26,266 bases of DNA, taken from contig CAYYQL010000035.1 of NCBI GenBank assembly GCA_964473825.1, positions 1-26,266 of the forward strand, read 5' to 3'. This document shows, one piece after another, positions 1 through 8,654 of this stretch. The DNA comes from an uncultured archaeon. GTDB lineage: Archaea > Asgardarchaeota > Thorarchaeia > Thorarchaeales > Thorarchaeaceae. The notes beneath the pieces were generated by a model. The model ran no database searches, was not told the DNA's origin, and saw nothing but the letters and a program-made list of their open reading frames with translations. Position numbers and translations under genes: made by a program. Each line of letters starts with the position of its first letter. The first letter of the stretch is position 1.

Positions 1-1184
1 AGATTCTCTATATGCCGTCGGCTCTGTTCCTCACTCAGCTTGGTCTCCTTATGCTCGATGACCCGTCGCTCAAGACGATTCAGAGCCAGTCTATATGCCT
101 CCTCTACACTCCAAGCTTCGGCTGAGCTGTAGTACTGAGTATTGGCGGTTCTGAACTGGAGTCGGCAGTGGATGAGTTGGTCACCCTTTGAGACCGGACC
201 GTACTTCTTCAGATAGACAAACAGGCCGCCTATACCAACAACATCGCGATATCGACCCACAAATGAGTCGAACTCTCTGAGCATCGCAGCCTTCTCTTCC
301 TCAGACATCCGGATGCCAGGCTTGACAGAGAACTGGACACTCATTCTACGCTCTTCCATGCCCTGTTGTGCAACAGGTTCTAGCAGGTCGCGCTTGGTCA
401 TGATGCCCACGATATGGTCGTCCTCCATTATCACAAGACTGGAGATATCATGCTCCTTCATCTTCCCGGTTGCATGTTCCAGTGAGTCATCTGGCCGAGC
501 AGCGATAACGGGGGAGCTCATTGCACTCTTGATGGGCATATGAACCAGATCTGACTTCTCACCTTTTCTCTCTGCCATTCCACCCTGTCCACGGTCACCG
601 GCAAAGTCGCCCCTCTGACGATCACGCCTGCGGTAGACAACATCAACGATGTCCTGAATGCTAACGATGCCCACCAGTCTATCGTTCTCGCTCACGGGTG
701 CGTGTGAGAATCCATACGTGTTGAATATCTCAAGTACTTGGGCGATTGTGTCATGGGGTCGCGCCCGGACAGGATTCTCTGTCATGACCTGGGAAATGAC
801 GTTCTGGCCCCAGTCATTCTCTGCGGCAGCCCGGATAACATCGTCTCGGGAGATGAAACCACGTCGGGCCTCGCCAGCAAATACAGCAAGAACTGGGATC
901 TGACTCTCAATCATCAGTCGTGCGGCCTCTGATATGTCATCAGTGGCCTGTATAGATGGTATGGGACGGCTTAGAGTCTCTACACTCGTCTCATGCGGGT
1001 CTAGCCGGGAACGCTTGATCCATCTTCTTGTCAGAACTCCCGAGTAGTTCCCCTTCCTGTCTTCAACAACCAACACAGGAGGGTCAAGCTCTTTGAGTCT
1101 GTCAATCACTTTAGCAATAGGTTCGTCTTCTGTTACGGTCTCGTAACCTTCCTGATACACTTCTTCTACTTTGGTATCGAACAT
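1..1184 (-). CDS. CBS-domain protein (two CBS pairs) with C-terminal HPF/RaiA-like domain; Hib-type archaeal ribosome hibernation factor (3'-partial, runs off the left edge)
   Basis: Manual translation from ATG at 1184 (MFDTKVEEVYQEGY...) stays open to the window edge (394 codons), so the ORF track missed it. CBS motifs include VMTENPVRARPHDTIAQVLEIF...LVGIVSIQDIV and AMSSPVIAARPDDSLEHATGKMKEHDISSLVIMEDDHIVGIMTKRDLL. The C-terminal ~115 aa (MSVQFSVK...CRLQFRTANTQYYSSAEAWSVEEAYRLALNRLERRV) follow the HPF beta-alpha-beta-beta-beta-alpha pattern. Confidence 0.85.
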   Translation of the reverse strand, partial: MFDTKVEEVYQEGYETVTEDEPIAKVIDRLKELDPPVLVVEDRKGNYSGVLTRRWIKRSRLDPHETSVETLSRPIPSIQATDDISEAARLMIESQIPVLAVFAGEARRGFISRDDVIRAAAENDWGQNVISQVMTENPVRARPHDTIAQVLEIFNTYGFSHAPVSENDRLVGIVSIQDIVDVVYRRRDRQRGDFAGDRGQGGMAERKGEKSDLVHMPIKSAMSSPVIAARPDDSLEHATGKMKEHDISSLVIMEDDHIVGIMTKRDLLEPVAQQGMEERRMSVQFSVKPGIRMSEEEKAAMLREFDSFVGRYRDVVGIGGLFVYLKKYGPVSKGDQLIHCRLQFRTANTQYYSSAEAWSVEEAYRLALNRLERRVIEHKETKLSEEQSRRHIEN

Positions 1185-1323
1185 AGGTTGTCCTTCTCGC
1201 AAATAACTATAGATAAGGTGCCCTTAAGAATCCACTTCCTTCCGAAAAAACTTGTTCACGAGATCAACGTCAAAGCCTTATGCTACGGACAAATATCCAT
1301 ACGTCACCACGGAGAAGGAAACG

Positions 1324-2010
1324 ATGGAATATGTTGACACTCTCAAGCGACTAAGAGAACCACGAGTGTTCTCGCTCTTTGGAACTGTCGGCTCGGTGAT
1401 TGGATTTCTGTCAAGCATCCTACCTGCCGCAGTATACGAGGGATCAGAAGGTCAGGTATATTCGATCTTCAATCACTTCATCTCAGAATTGGGAGAGCTC
1501 GGCGTGTCCGAGCTGGCGTGGGTGTTCAATGTGGGCCTCATTCTCGCGGGACTTGCATTCATTCCCTTCATGATTGGACTGGGGCTCCATCTTGAGAATA
1601 TAATAGCCAAGGTTGCCATGGTTGTAGGCGTCTTCTCATCGATCACAATCGTATTTGTGGGGATATATCCGATGAACTACCGTGGAGCGCACGCTCTGGC
1701 TGCACTCTCATTCTTCTTCAGTGGCCTCTTCATGGCAGGCCTGTGGAGTCTGGCAATCATATTTCAGCGAGAACCACGGATCCACAGGGGTCTCTCCCTG
1801 TTCGGATTCATCAGTACAGCCTGTTTTGTGGCATTTGTATCGGTCGGCACAACAAACCTCGACCCCGTATCTGAGCGGCCGGACTTCTGGCTCCTACCAA
1901 CACTAGAGTGGGCTGTCTACTTCTCGATCATTGGATACCTGCTCGCAGTCTCTTTGTACGCCAGGTTGAGGACAGAGCACAGGAATGGCTCGTCGTTAAG
2001 CGAATCTTGA
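1324..2010 (+). CDS. DUF998-like multi-pass membrane protein
   Basis: About 6 hydrophobic segments; NHFISELGE, VFNVGLILAG and VGIYPMN..AH motifs typical of DUF998/Frag1-like proteins. ATG 1324 follows a GGAGAAGG RBS; the ORF track starts at TTG 1252. Confidence 0.75.
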   Translation: MEYVDTLKRLREPRVFSLFGTVGSVIGFLSSILPAAVYEGSEGQVYSIFNHFISELGELGVSELAWVFNVGLILAGLAFIPFMIGLGLHLENIIAKVAMVVGVFSSITIVFVGIYPMNYRGAHALAALSFFFSGLFMAGLWSLAIIFQREPRIHRGLSLFGFISTACFVAFVSVGTTNLDPVSERPDFWLLPTLEWAVYFSIIGYLLAVSLYARLRTEHRNGSSLSES

Positions 2011-2065
2011 GAGTGGGACCAGTTGTTATACGATGACATACCACTGATTCTCTCATGACATATCG

Positions 2066-2788
2066 TCAGCCCTTCGGTGTGCCATACACTTCTCCAGCCT
2101 CCAAGGCTTCTAAAAAGGCCTCGCGATATGGTTCGGGGACTCTGTTCAAGACACACCCGAAGTTTGGACACGATGAACAGACCCAGTGCCGCAGTGTATA
2201 AGCAATTAGCATCGCAACCAGAACTTGGACGGCGGCCCAATCAACTCTGTCCCAGAGGTACACAACGGGAAATAGCAGATAGAACAGCACCCAGGCGACG
2301 AAGACTGCCTGACCTCCACGACTTATCTCTTTGGGAGAATACACGAATATCTTTGGACTTCCCCAGTTCGCCAAGCAGTAGAATCGGTCGTCATTCCCAT
2401 GTCTGCATCCTGAATGCTCATAACAGGGACAGTGACGACAGAGGACGTACCATTCAACTCCTCCGGCAAAGAAGAGCATTGAGAGAAGAACGTAGATCGG
2501 AATCATCAGGACGCTCTCGGCAAGCACTAAGCTCTCCAATCCCAATATCCGCCCGATGTCAAGACTCCAGCCAAGATAGCTTATGCTTGAACTGTACATC
2601 CCCAGACAGCCCACAATCATAGGTACGAAACCGATGAACGCAAACCATCTCGCATCACCTGACCCATAATGTGCAACAACTCCATGAACGCTTTTTCTGG
2701 CAAGAGGCTTCGTGTCATCCACGTCTTTCATTAGGTGTTCCTCGATGCTACGTGCTGAGGTTCTGCTTCTCGTTCCCGATTCTGCCAT
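2066..2788 (-). CDS. Hypothetical 4-TM membrane protein with two Cys clusters (CRHCPCY; CSSCPNFGC)
   Basis: 240-aa ORF with four hydrophobic segments and paired CxxC motifs. The true start may be ATG 2731 (MKDVDD), because a CTTAAAT TATA-like box overlaps 2788. Confidence 0.75.
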   Translation of the reverse strand: MAESGTRSRTSARSIEEHLMKDVDDTKPLARKSVHGVVAHYGSGDARWFAFIGFVPMIVGCLGMYSSSISYLGWSLDIGRILGLESLVLAESVLMIPIYVLLSMLFFAGGVEWYVLCRHCPCYEHSGCRHGNDDRFYCLANWGSPKIFVYSPKEISRGGQAVFVAWVLFYLLFPVVYLWDRVDWAAVQVLVAMLIAYTLRHWVCSSCPNFGCVLNRVPEPYREAFLEALEAGEVYGTPKG

Positions 2789-2929
2789 TTAAGGGAGGTG
2801 ATTCCAAGATGCTGCAAAGCAAACAGTCCCTATACACAGCACACAGAGTGTGTCAGTGATACACATATGTAGCGAGTGGGACAAAACCTCTTGGTAACAA
2901 TAAGGGCTTCTAACAAGAGGAGAATAATC

Positions 2930-3145
2930 ATGAGTGAGAGTCCCTGCCCCCACTGTGGTAGCACAGCTAGAAGAATCATGTACAACAGCATGCATGTCCG
3001 AGAGGTCTACTGTGGTGAGTGCTTCCGTTGCCTTAATCAGGAACAGGTCACAGAGAGGACGCGCGTGGCCCAGATGGCTGCAAAAGAGGGGAGGCTGAAC
3101 GAATTCTGGATGGGATCCTACAAGCCCGAGGATGACGAGGAATAG
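2930..3145 (+). CDS. Small Zn-ribbon protein (CPHC...CGEC), 71 aa
   Basis: GAGGAG RBS just before ATG 2930; two CxxC motifs; acidic tail. Confidence 0.7.
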   Translation: MSESPCPHCGSTARRIMYNSMHVREVYCGECFRCLNQEQVTERTRVAQMAAKEGRLNEFWMGSYKPEDDEE

Positions 3146-3387
3146 CGACCCGGTTTCTGAGAGGATATGCGAATCTCCGAACAGTACACCACTCTAGAAG
3201 AGAGATAGTCGCTGGAAAGTATGAAACGTGCCATGTTCTCAGAGTCATGGTCTGGTGTAGCTATGAAGCAGTGTGATAGGGGATTGTTGAGATAACGCTA
3301 CAGATACTCTACCGGCATCGATTGTAGATTGCGGGCGTGACCTGATGTATGAAAAGGCAGGGACTCCGAAGGCATACACAGGCTTGC

Positions 3388-6297
3388 CTACTCCAGGAAC
3401 AAAGAGGGGCGGCCGGGTAGTGCGAAACGTGCCTTATTCTCGGGGTCATAGTCCGGAGCATCAGCGGAGTGGACGAACACATCCAATCCCAATCCATTAG
3501 ATATGTAATCGGCAGAGTCCTGAAGGGCCTCCAGTTCCTCGTCAGAACTTGACGAGTACTCCCACAGACCGTTTTCTTTCATGATCCAATCCACAATCGA
3601 CTTGACATCTTGACCGTGCTTTCTGATTGAAGGGTCAGACATCAGGTGCTTCATCAATTCATTCATGACAAAGGATACATCAGAGTCTCTTATCATATCC
3701 AGCGCCTCGAACATCCACTGCTCAGCAACATAGACATGTACTGCGTCCTTCTTCTGTTCCTTCAAGAGTTTCTGAATCTCACGAATGTCGCGAACGGTTG
3801 CATCTACCACATGATGAGATCGCTCGATAGACTGGTCAATGAGATGTTCATCGGCCTCGGGCCACGGTGCGAAGGATACAAACCCCTCGTGCCCCATCCG
3901 CGACCAGAACTCCTCGCAAATGTGTGGAGCAATCGGAGCAAACAAGCGCACCCAGACATCACAGATGTAGGCCAATGTGCCCTGTCGTTCCTTCTCAGGC
4001 ACGCCGGGTCGGGAGAGGTAGTCATTCACGGTCCCGATCATCTCTGAGGTGGCCATTATGGCATAGTCCCTCAGCCTGAAACGGTCAACATAGTCCGTTG
4101 CGTCTCGGATAATGGAGTTTACCCGGGATAGGGCCCATCTTGTGATGGTCTTGGGCTTGTCCTTCTTGTGATAGACCTCCGGCGCGTGCTTGGAATACTT
4201 GCTCATGATATCAGCAAACTGGCGTAGTCGGTTCCTGACTGCAGGTACATCCTTCTCTCGCCAGTCCATCAGACTTCCGGGCTCTGCGGCAGATATTGCA
4301 TAGGTGCGATAGACATCTGCGCCATACTTCTGAGGAATCTCAACCAACGGGATGACATTGCCCTTACTCTTGGACATCTTGCCGCCCTCCATGTTCACAT
4401 GCTCATTCAGACTGATGCATTGCAGCCAGTGCTTCTTTGGAAATATGGCCACATGATGAAAGATGGCGAAGCTCAGGTGGTTCGATATATGTGAGGGGGC
4501 GGTGTGACGCTGGTCGTTGGGATACCAGTATAGGAACTCTTCTCGCATTGATCCGAGTAGTTCCTCGCCAATCCCTGTCTCGCTAGCCACATCTTTGGGC
4601 TCGCCCTTACCCAAGAAGACGTAGTCGAAGAAGCCCAGACTCAGCTGGTCGGGCATAATCTTGTTAGATGTAATCTTGTGAACGATGGTGTAAAAGGCCA
4701 TATAGATGGTAGAGTCGGACAATGATTCTATTATCCATTCTTTGTCAAATGGCAGACGAGTGCCAATACCTCGCTTTCTCGCACAGGGACGTTGAGTTAA
4801 CCAGTCAAAAGTTGCCTCAAACAGGTTCCTGAAGGTATGAGGCACAATCTCCATCTCCTCAAGTGCCTCTCGGGCCTTCTCTTTCCATCCTGGCGACTGA
4901 TAATCGAGGAACCACTGTCCTGCGAAGACACCCACTTGGACATCAGTGCCGCATTTGCAGATGACGGGTCGCTGGTCTGGCTCGTAGAACACATCGCATC
5001 GATTATTGCTCTTCAGCCAGCTGACAACATCTTCCTTCACATCCTTGATGGGGCGGCCAGAAAACTGCATGCAATTGTCCTTCATAACACCATCATAGAA
5101 CTCGGCCTTGTAGACCTCCTGTGTTGCCTCTTCGAGTGCTACCTCTTCATCCTGCGACTTGATATCTCGCCTCTCAACAGCCTCTTTCGCGGGATAATCG
5201 CCGTAACCCTCGATATCGATCATATCTATGATCTCGATATCACGGACCTCTTCTGAAGAGATGCCGTACTTCTCCAGACCAGTTGGATTGTTCCACAGGT
5301 CTCGCAGAGCAATATAGTCAAAGGGTGCATGACCCGGGACTGAATAGACCACACCGGTTGCATTTTTCGGATTCACGAAGTCAGCAGGAAGAATTAGGAT
5401 CTCATGGTCATCATGGATGGCCTTGAAGCGTTCGCCTATGATCTTCTTTCCCTTGAACTCGTCGACAATCTCAATCTCCTTGGCCTGAAGATCCAGCTTC
5501 TTGGCCGCCTCTTTCGAGATGACCCATTTCTCATCGTCCACCCTCGCCCAGACATAGGTTGCTTCAGGATTGATCCACATGTTTGTGATTCCGAAGATGG
5601 TCTCAGGCCGCAGGGTAGCAGCCACCAAGAAACCATCCTTGAAGGGAAACTTGATTGCAGTGAACTCTTTGATCTTGGCGGTCTCGCCCTCCAGGAGGTC
5701 GTCTTCACCAACAGGATTTCCGCAGCTTGGACAGTACAGCAGCGGATAGTCCCCCTGCTTGATGTATCCCTTGTCCATAAACTTGTGATATTGCCACTCA
5801 ATGAACTTGTTGTATATCTTATCCCCTGTTGTGAACTTCCGCCTCCAGTCGATACTGTAGCCCAGTGCCTTGAAGTCTGATGAGATTGCGTCGGCAAAGA
5901 ACTTGGCAGTTGTCCAAGGATCAGTGAATTTCTCCAGTTGCTCTTCCACTTCTTCTTCGGAGTCCAGATACAGCCGGAGGTCACGCTTGTACTGCTCCAC
6001 CGCCTCCTCATCTCCAGCCTTGATCCGCTCCACCATTCCCAGAATCGGAGTGCCGGTCATGTGAGAGGCCATCGGAAACAGCACATTGTAGCCCTGCATT
6101 CTTCTGTAGCGTGCAATCATGTCACCTATTGTATAGGTTCGTCCGTGCCCGATGTGCAGAGCTCCGTTCGTGTACGGATAAGGAACAGTCAGGAAGAAGT
6201 CTTCTCTATTGGGGTCAGGATCAGCCTCGAATGATTTGGCCTGTGCCCATCGTCCTTGCCACTTCTTCTCTATCTCTTGGAAATCGATATCAGTCAC
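3388..6297 (-). CDS. leuS: Leucine--tRNA ligase (archaeal/eukaryotic type)
   Basis: PYPYTNGALHIGH (HIGH motif), GKMSKSKGN (KMSKS motif), editing-domain motifs ATLRPET and TGVVYSVPGHAPFD, C-terminal ALPGRPSLFLE. The start is GTG 6297 (GAGG upstream) or TTG 6312. Confidence 0.98.
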   Translation of the reverse strand: MTDIDFQEIEKKWQGRWAQAKSFEADPDPNREDFFLTVPYPYTNGALHIGHGRTYTIGDMIARYRRMQGYNVLFPMASHMTGTPILGMVERIKAGDEEAVEQYKRDLRLYLDSEEEVEEQLEKFTDPWTTAKFFADAISSDFKALGYSIDWRRKFTTGDKIYNKFIEWQYHKFMDKGYIKQGDYPLLYCPSCGNPVGEDDLLEGETAKIKEFTAIKFPFKDGFLVAATLRPETIFGITNMWINPEATYVWARVDDEKWVISKEAAKKLDLQAKEIEIVDEFKGKKIIGERFKAIHDDHEILILPADFVNPKNATGVVYSVPGHAPFDYIALRDLWNNPTGLEKYGISSEEVRDIEIIDMIDIEGYGDYPAKEAVERRDIKSQDEEVALEEATQEVYKAEFYDGVMKDNCMQFSGRPIKDVKEDVVSWLKSNNRCDVFYEPDQRPVICKCGTDVQVGVFAGQWFLDYQSPGWKEKAREALEEMEIVPHTFRNLFEATFDWLTQRPCARKRGIGTRLPFDKEWIIESLSDSTIYMAFYTIVHKITSNKIMPDQLSLGFFDYVFLGKGEPKDVASETGIGEELLGSMREEFLYWYPNDQRHTAPSHISNHLSFAIFHHVAIFPKKHWLQCISLNEHVNMEGGKMSKSKGNVIPLVEIPQKYGADVYRTYAISAAEPGSLMDWREKDVPAVRNRLRQFADIMSKYSKHAPEVYHKKDKPKTITRWALSRVNSIIRDATDYVDRFRLRDYAIMATSEMIGTVNDYLSRPGVPEKERQGTLAYICDVWVRLFAPIAPHICEEFWSRMGHEGFVSFAPWPEADEHLIDQSIERSHHVVDATVRDIREIQKLLKEQKKDAVHVYVAEQWMFEALDMIRDSDVSFVMNELMKHLMSDPSIRKHGQDVKSIVDWIMKENGLWEYSSSSDEELEALQDSADYISNGLGLDVFVHSADAPDYDPENKARFALPGRPSLFLE

Positions 6298-6545
6298 TGT
6301 GTTTGGCCTCAACTGGTCTGGTGTTGATTGAAGAGCGAGATAGGGAGTCCGCTATAAAGGACTCGAAAAAGGAGTTATCGCAGGTTACTGAGAACACAAT
6401 CCATCCTGGCTCACTCTGTTATTGCTGATGCCAACTGAACCTTATTAGGAATATGGTCAAAATCAGTTGGCCAACGAACATACTATGGTCCCCTGAAAAT
6501 GTGCGCTAAACATAAAGTGAAAAGGAGACCCCACAGGGACCGCCT

Positions 6546-7181
6546 ATGCTCCCAGACTGGATGACCACAGGCGACGAGTTCGTAGACCTTCACGCGGAAC
6601 TCCACGACTACAGTCAAGTAGTGCAGCTTCTTCGGACAATAGAAGAAGAGGAGGACCTGAACAGGTACCTCAACGGACACAACTCGGGTGCGAGATGGTT
6701 CTTCCAAGTCTGCAGTAAAGAGTTTGTGGAAGAGCTGGCGAAAATCATCAATGGTATTGTCCGGTCCTCAGGACGAGTGGGTCCCGTCCTCGAGGTGATG
6801 AGTGGGGATGGCCGACTGCGTGACTTTCTCGAGCCGATGATAGAAAGAACTCTGATTGCTACCGACGCACGCACAGGAAGATACAACATCGCCTACCCGA
6901 AGGAAGTGGTCAAGATCGACGCACTTGCTGCAGTTGACACATACAATCCAGCAGTTGTCATCTGTTCCTGGGAACCCTATCTCTCCATGACAGGAATTGA
7001 GATAGCAAGTCTTGGAGTGCCATTCATCTGGATAGGAGATCCGGAGATGTGTGGGCATCCAGATATTCTGAGTCTTGATCACATCACAGTGGACAGTAGA
7101 TACGCTCTCGGCAAACATGACTCCATTAAGGAAGAGGAATTTAGAACTGAGATTCTTATCTTCAACTGCAGTCCGTCTTGA
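6546..7181 (+). CDS. Class I SAM-dependent methyltransferase-like protein
   Basis: VLEVMSGDGRL (motif I-like), LIATD, DALAAV and VVICSWEP. Confidence 0.65.
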   Translation: MLPDWMTTGDEFVDLHAELHDYSQVVQLLRTIEEEEDLNRYLNGHNSGARWFFQVCSKEFVEELAKIINGIVRSSGRVGPVLEVMSGDGRLRDFLEPMIERTLIATDARTGRYNIAYPKEVVKIDALAAVDTYNPAVVICSWEPYLSMTGIEIASLGVPFIWIGDPEMCGHPDILSLDHITVDSRYALGKHDSIKEEEFRTEILIFNCSPS

Positions 7182-7261
7182 GTGCAGCACGAAGCAAGTG
7201 ATACATCGTTTCATATTGATAATCACAGTACTTCTCATACAAGACAGGAGAAGGTCAACCC

Positions 7262-8203
7262 ATGGTGAAGCCAGCAGTTGATGCAGTGGACATCGATCTC
7301 AAGACAGGAAGCACTCTAGGTTTCTATACATTCGGAGAGGACCGGCCCAATCTACTCATCGTATCCGCCATGAATGGGCTTTCGGCCACGGATGTCTACA
7401 CAAGTTTTCTCGTGATGAAACATCTCAAGTCCCTAGGTCGGATAGACGGTTCTGTGACCATCTTGCCAGTCGCCAATCCTCTAACATTCAGGCTAGGCAT
7501 GGAGGTTTCACCTCTTGATTCTAGGGCGCTTGACTCTGCATTTCCTGGACATGAGAGAGGCACTGTCACACAGCGAACTGCATGGGAGATATGGAGAAAG
7601 GCGTCCCAAGCCGATTACGTCATCCACCTCCGAAGCAGCTGGCAGTCCTGTGTGAGCCATATTGTGGCTCTGCACCGAGACTACATCCACGTGAGAAACA
7701 TGGCGTCACAGATTTCTCTTCCTCTTGTTGTGCAGAGTACTGGAGAGAGAGGAGCACTATCAACGGAGGCGGCCCATGATGGCATTCCCGTGGTATCGAT
7801 TGAGATGCGCGGGAATAGAGGGCAGGTGGAGACCCAGGCTGCAGTAGAAGTCAGAGAGGCCATCGTCAACTTCCTGAGAATCAAGGGTATGATCCCAGGA
7901 GATACTCTAGAAGCGTCTAACACCTTGACAGGAAGAATGCATCATGTCAACGTGGACACGGAGGGCTTCTTTATCCCTACCGTCAGTCTTGGGGAGGTCG
8001 TAGGTGCCGAGGACGTGATTGGGAGGGTTGAAGATAAGAAGGATATTTGTTCACCCTATGATGGAGCCATAGTTTCGATGAACCCAATGAGTTATGTCTT
8101 CGAGGGAGACAGTATCGCGAGAATCGCTGCGCCACTTGTTGATCAATGGACAGGTCGTCAACAGGAAGAAGAGAGGGATAAACCAGTTCGAAGGAAATGG
8201 TAG
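7262..8203 (+). CDS. Succinylglutamate desuccinylase/aspartoacylase (M14) family protein, active site degenerate
   Basis: GSVTILPVANP, AFPG, ADYVIHL and GIPVVSIE motifs plus a C-terminal barrel-sandwich segment (SPYDG). The canonical HGxE, NR and DLH motifs are substituted. Confidence 0.8.
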   Translation: MVKPAVDAVDIDLKTGSTLGFYTFGEDRPNLLIVSAMNGLSATDVYTSFLVMKHLKSLGRIDGSVTILPVANPLTFRLGMEVSPLDSRALDSAFPGHERGTVTQRTAWEIWRKASQADYVIHLRSSWQSCVSHIVALHRDYIHVRNMASQISLPLVVQSTGERGALSTEAAHDGIPVVSIEMRGNRGQVETQAAVEVREAIVNFLRIKGMIPGDTLEASNTLTGRMHHVNVDTEGFFIPTVSLGEVVGAEDVIGRVEDKKDICSPYDGAIVSMNPMSYVFEGDSIARIAAPLVDQWTGRQQEEERDKPVRRKW

Positions 8204-8204
8204 T

Positions 8205-8651
8205 ATGAGCAATGACGATATCGAGTACTTGATGCGGATCAATGTTGGCGACAACAGAATGCGCGAGAAGGGACGCATTCTCTTGATTGGAAGCTGCATG
8301 AGAACTAGATATCCTGAGATTGTTGAAGAGTTCAGAGCAACGCATGGCGGGCAGGCCGTCCTTGAAGTATGTCTTGAGGAAACGCATGTTAACCAAGCAG
8401 GTTTCAAGATTGGTTCGATTGTGAGATACTCCGATATCAAGAAGTTGACTGCCTTAACCGTGGATGGCAGCCCACATTGCGTCCAGCTTCACTATGTGAT
8501 AGAGGATGTCAAGCGTCACTTCACACCAGAGGTAGAACTGGAGCATCACGTTGTGGAGCGAGGAGAGGTTCATGAGATATCCTCAGAGGCAGTGAAGAGG
8601 TCCAGGCATCTGTCTAAGATACAGAAGATGCTCAAAAAGCAGAGTGTCTGA
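8205..8651 (+). CDS. Cys-containing conserved archaeal protein, putative Fe-S/metal-binding
   Basis: ATG lies 1 nt after the upstream stop. LLIGSC, VCLEETH and TVDGSPHC resemble the C-terminal domain of 4Fe-4S ferredoxin-associated proteins. Confidence 0.7.
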   Translation: MSNDDIEYLMRINVGDNRMREKGRILLIGSCMRTRYPEIVEEFRATHGGQAVLEVCLEETHVNQAGFKIGSIVRYSDIKKLTALTVDGSPHCVQLHYVIEDVKRHFTPEVELEHHVVERGEVHEISSEAVKRSRHLSKIQKMLKKQSV

Positions 8652-8654
8652 TTC

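Noticed and set aside
313-932. Plus-strand ORFs at 313-543, 658-903 and 738-932 (and similar antisense/alternate-frame ORFs within leuS, hutH, hutI, the tfb genes and the HD gene)
   Set aside because: They are shadow ORFs on top of well-supported genes.
2794-2913. Strong GGAGGTGA RBS followed by ATG 2809 and a 16-codon ORF ending C-Q-TGA (possible tiny selenopeptide or uORF)
   Set aside because: It is not a CxxU motif, the read-through product has no recognisable features, and it lies in a divergent promoter region. It cannot be supported from sequence alone.
3146-3387. 240-bp gap between convergent genes, examined for C/D-box sRNA or SECIS
   Set aside because: Only a short CCATG/CATGG hairpin was found; there is no proper box C/D pair or SECIS core.
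7167-7270. TGA stop shortly after a Cys in the MTase-like gene as a possible Sec codon
   Set aside because: The domain appears complete at the stop, the spacing is not CxxU, and no SECIS was seen. Other TGA-ending genes in the window were likewise unconvincing as selenoproteins.
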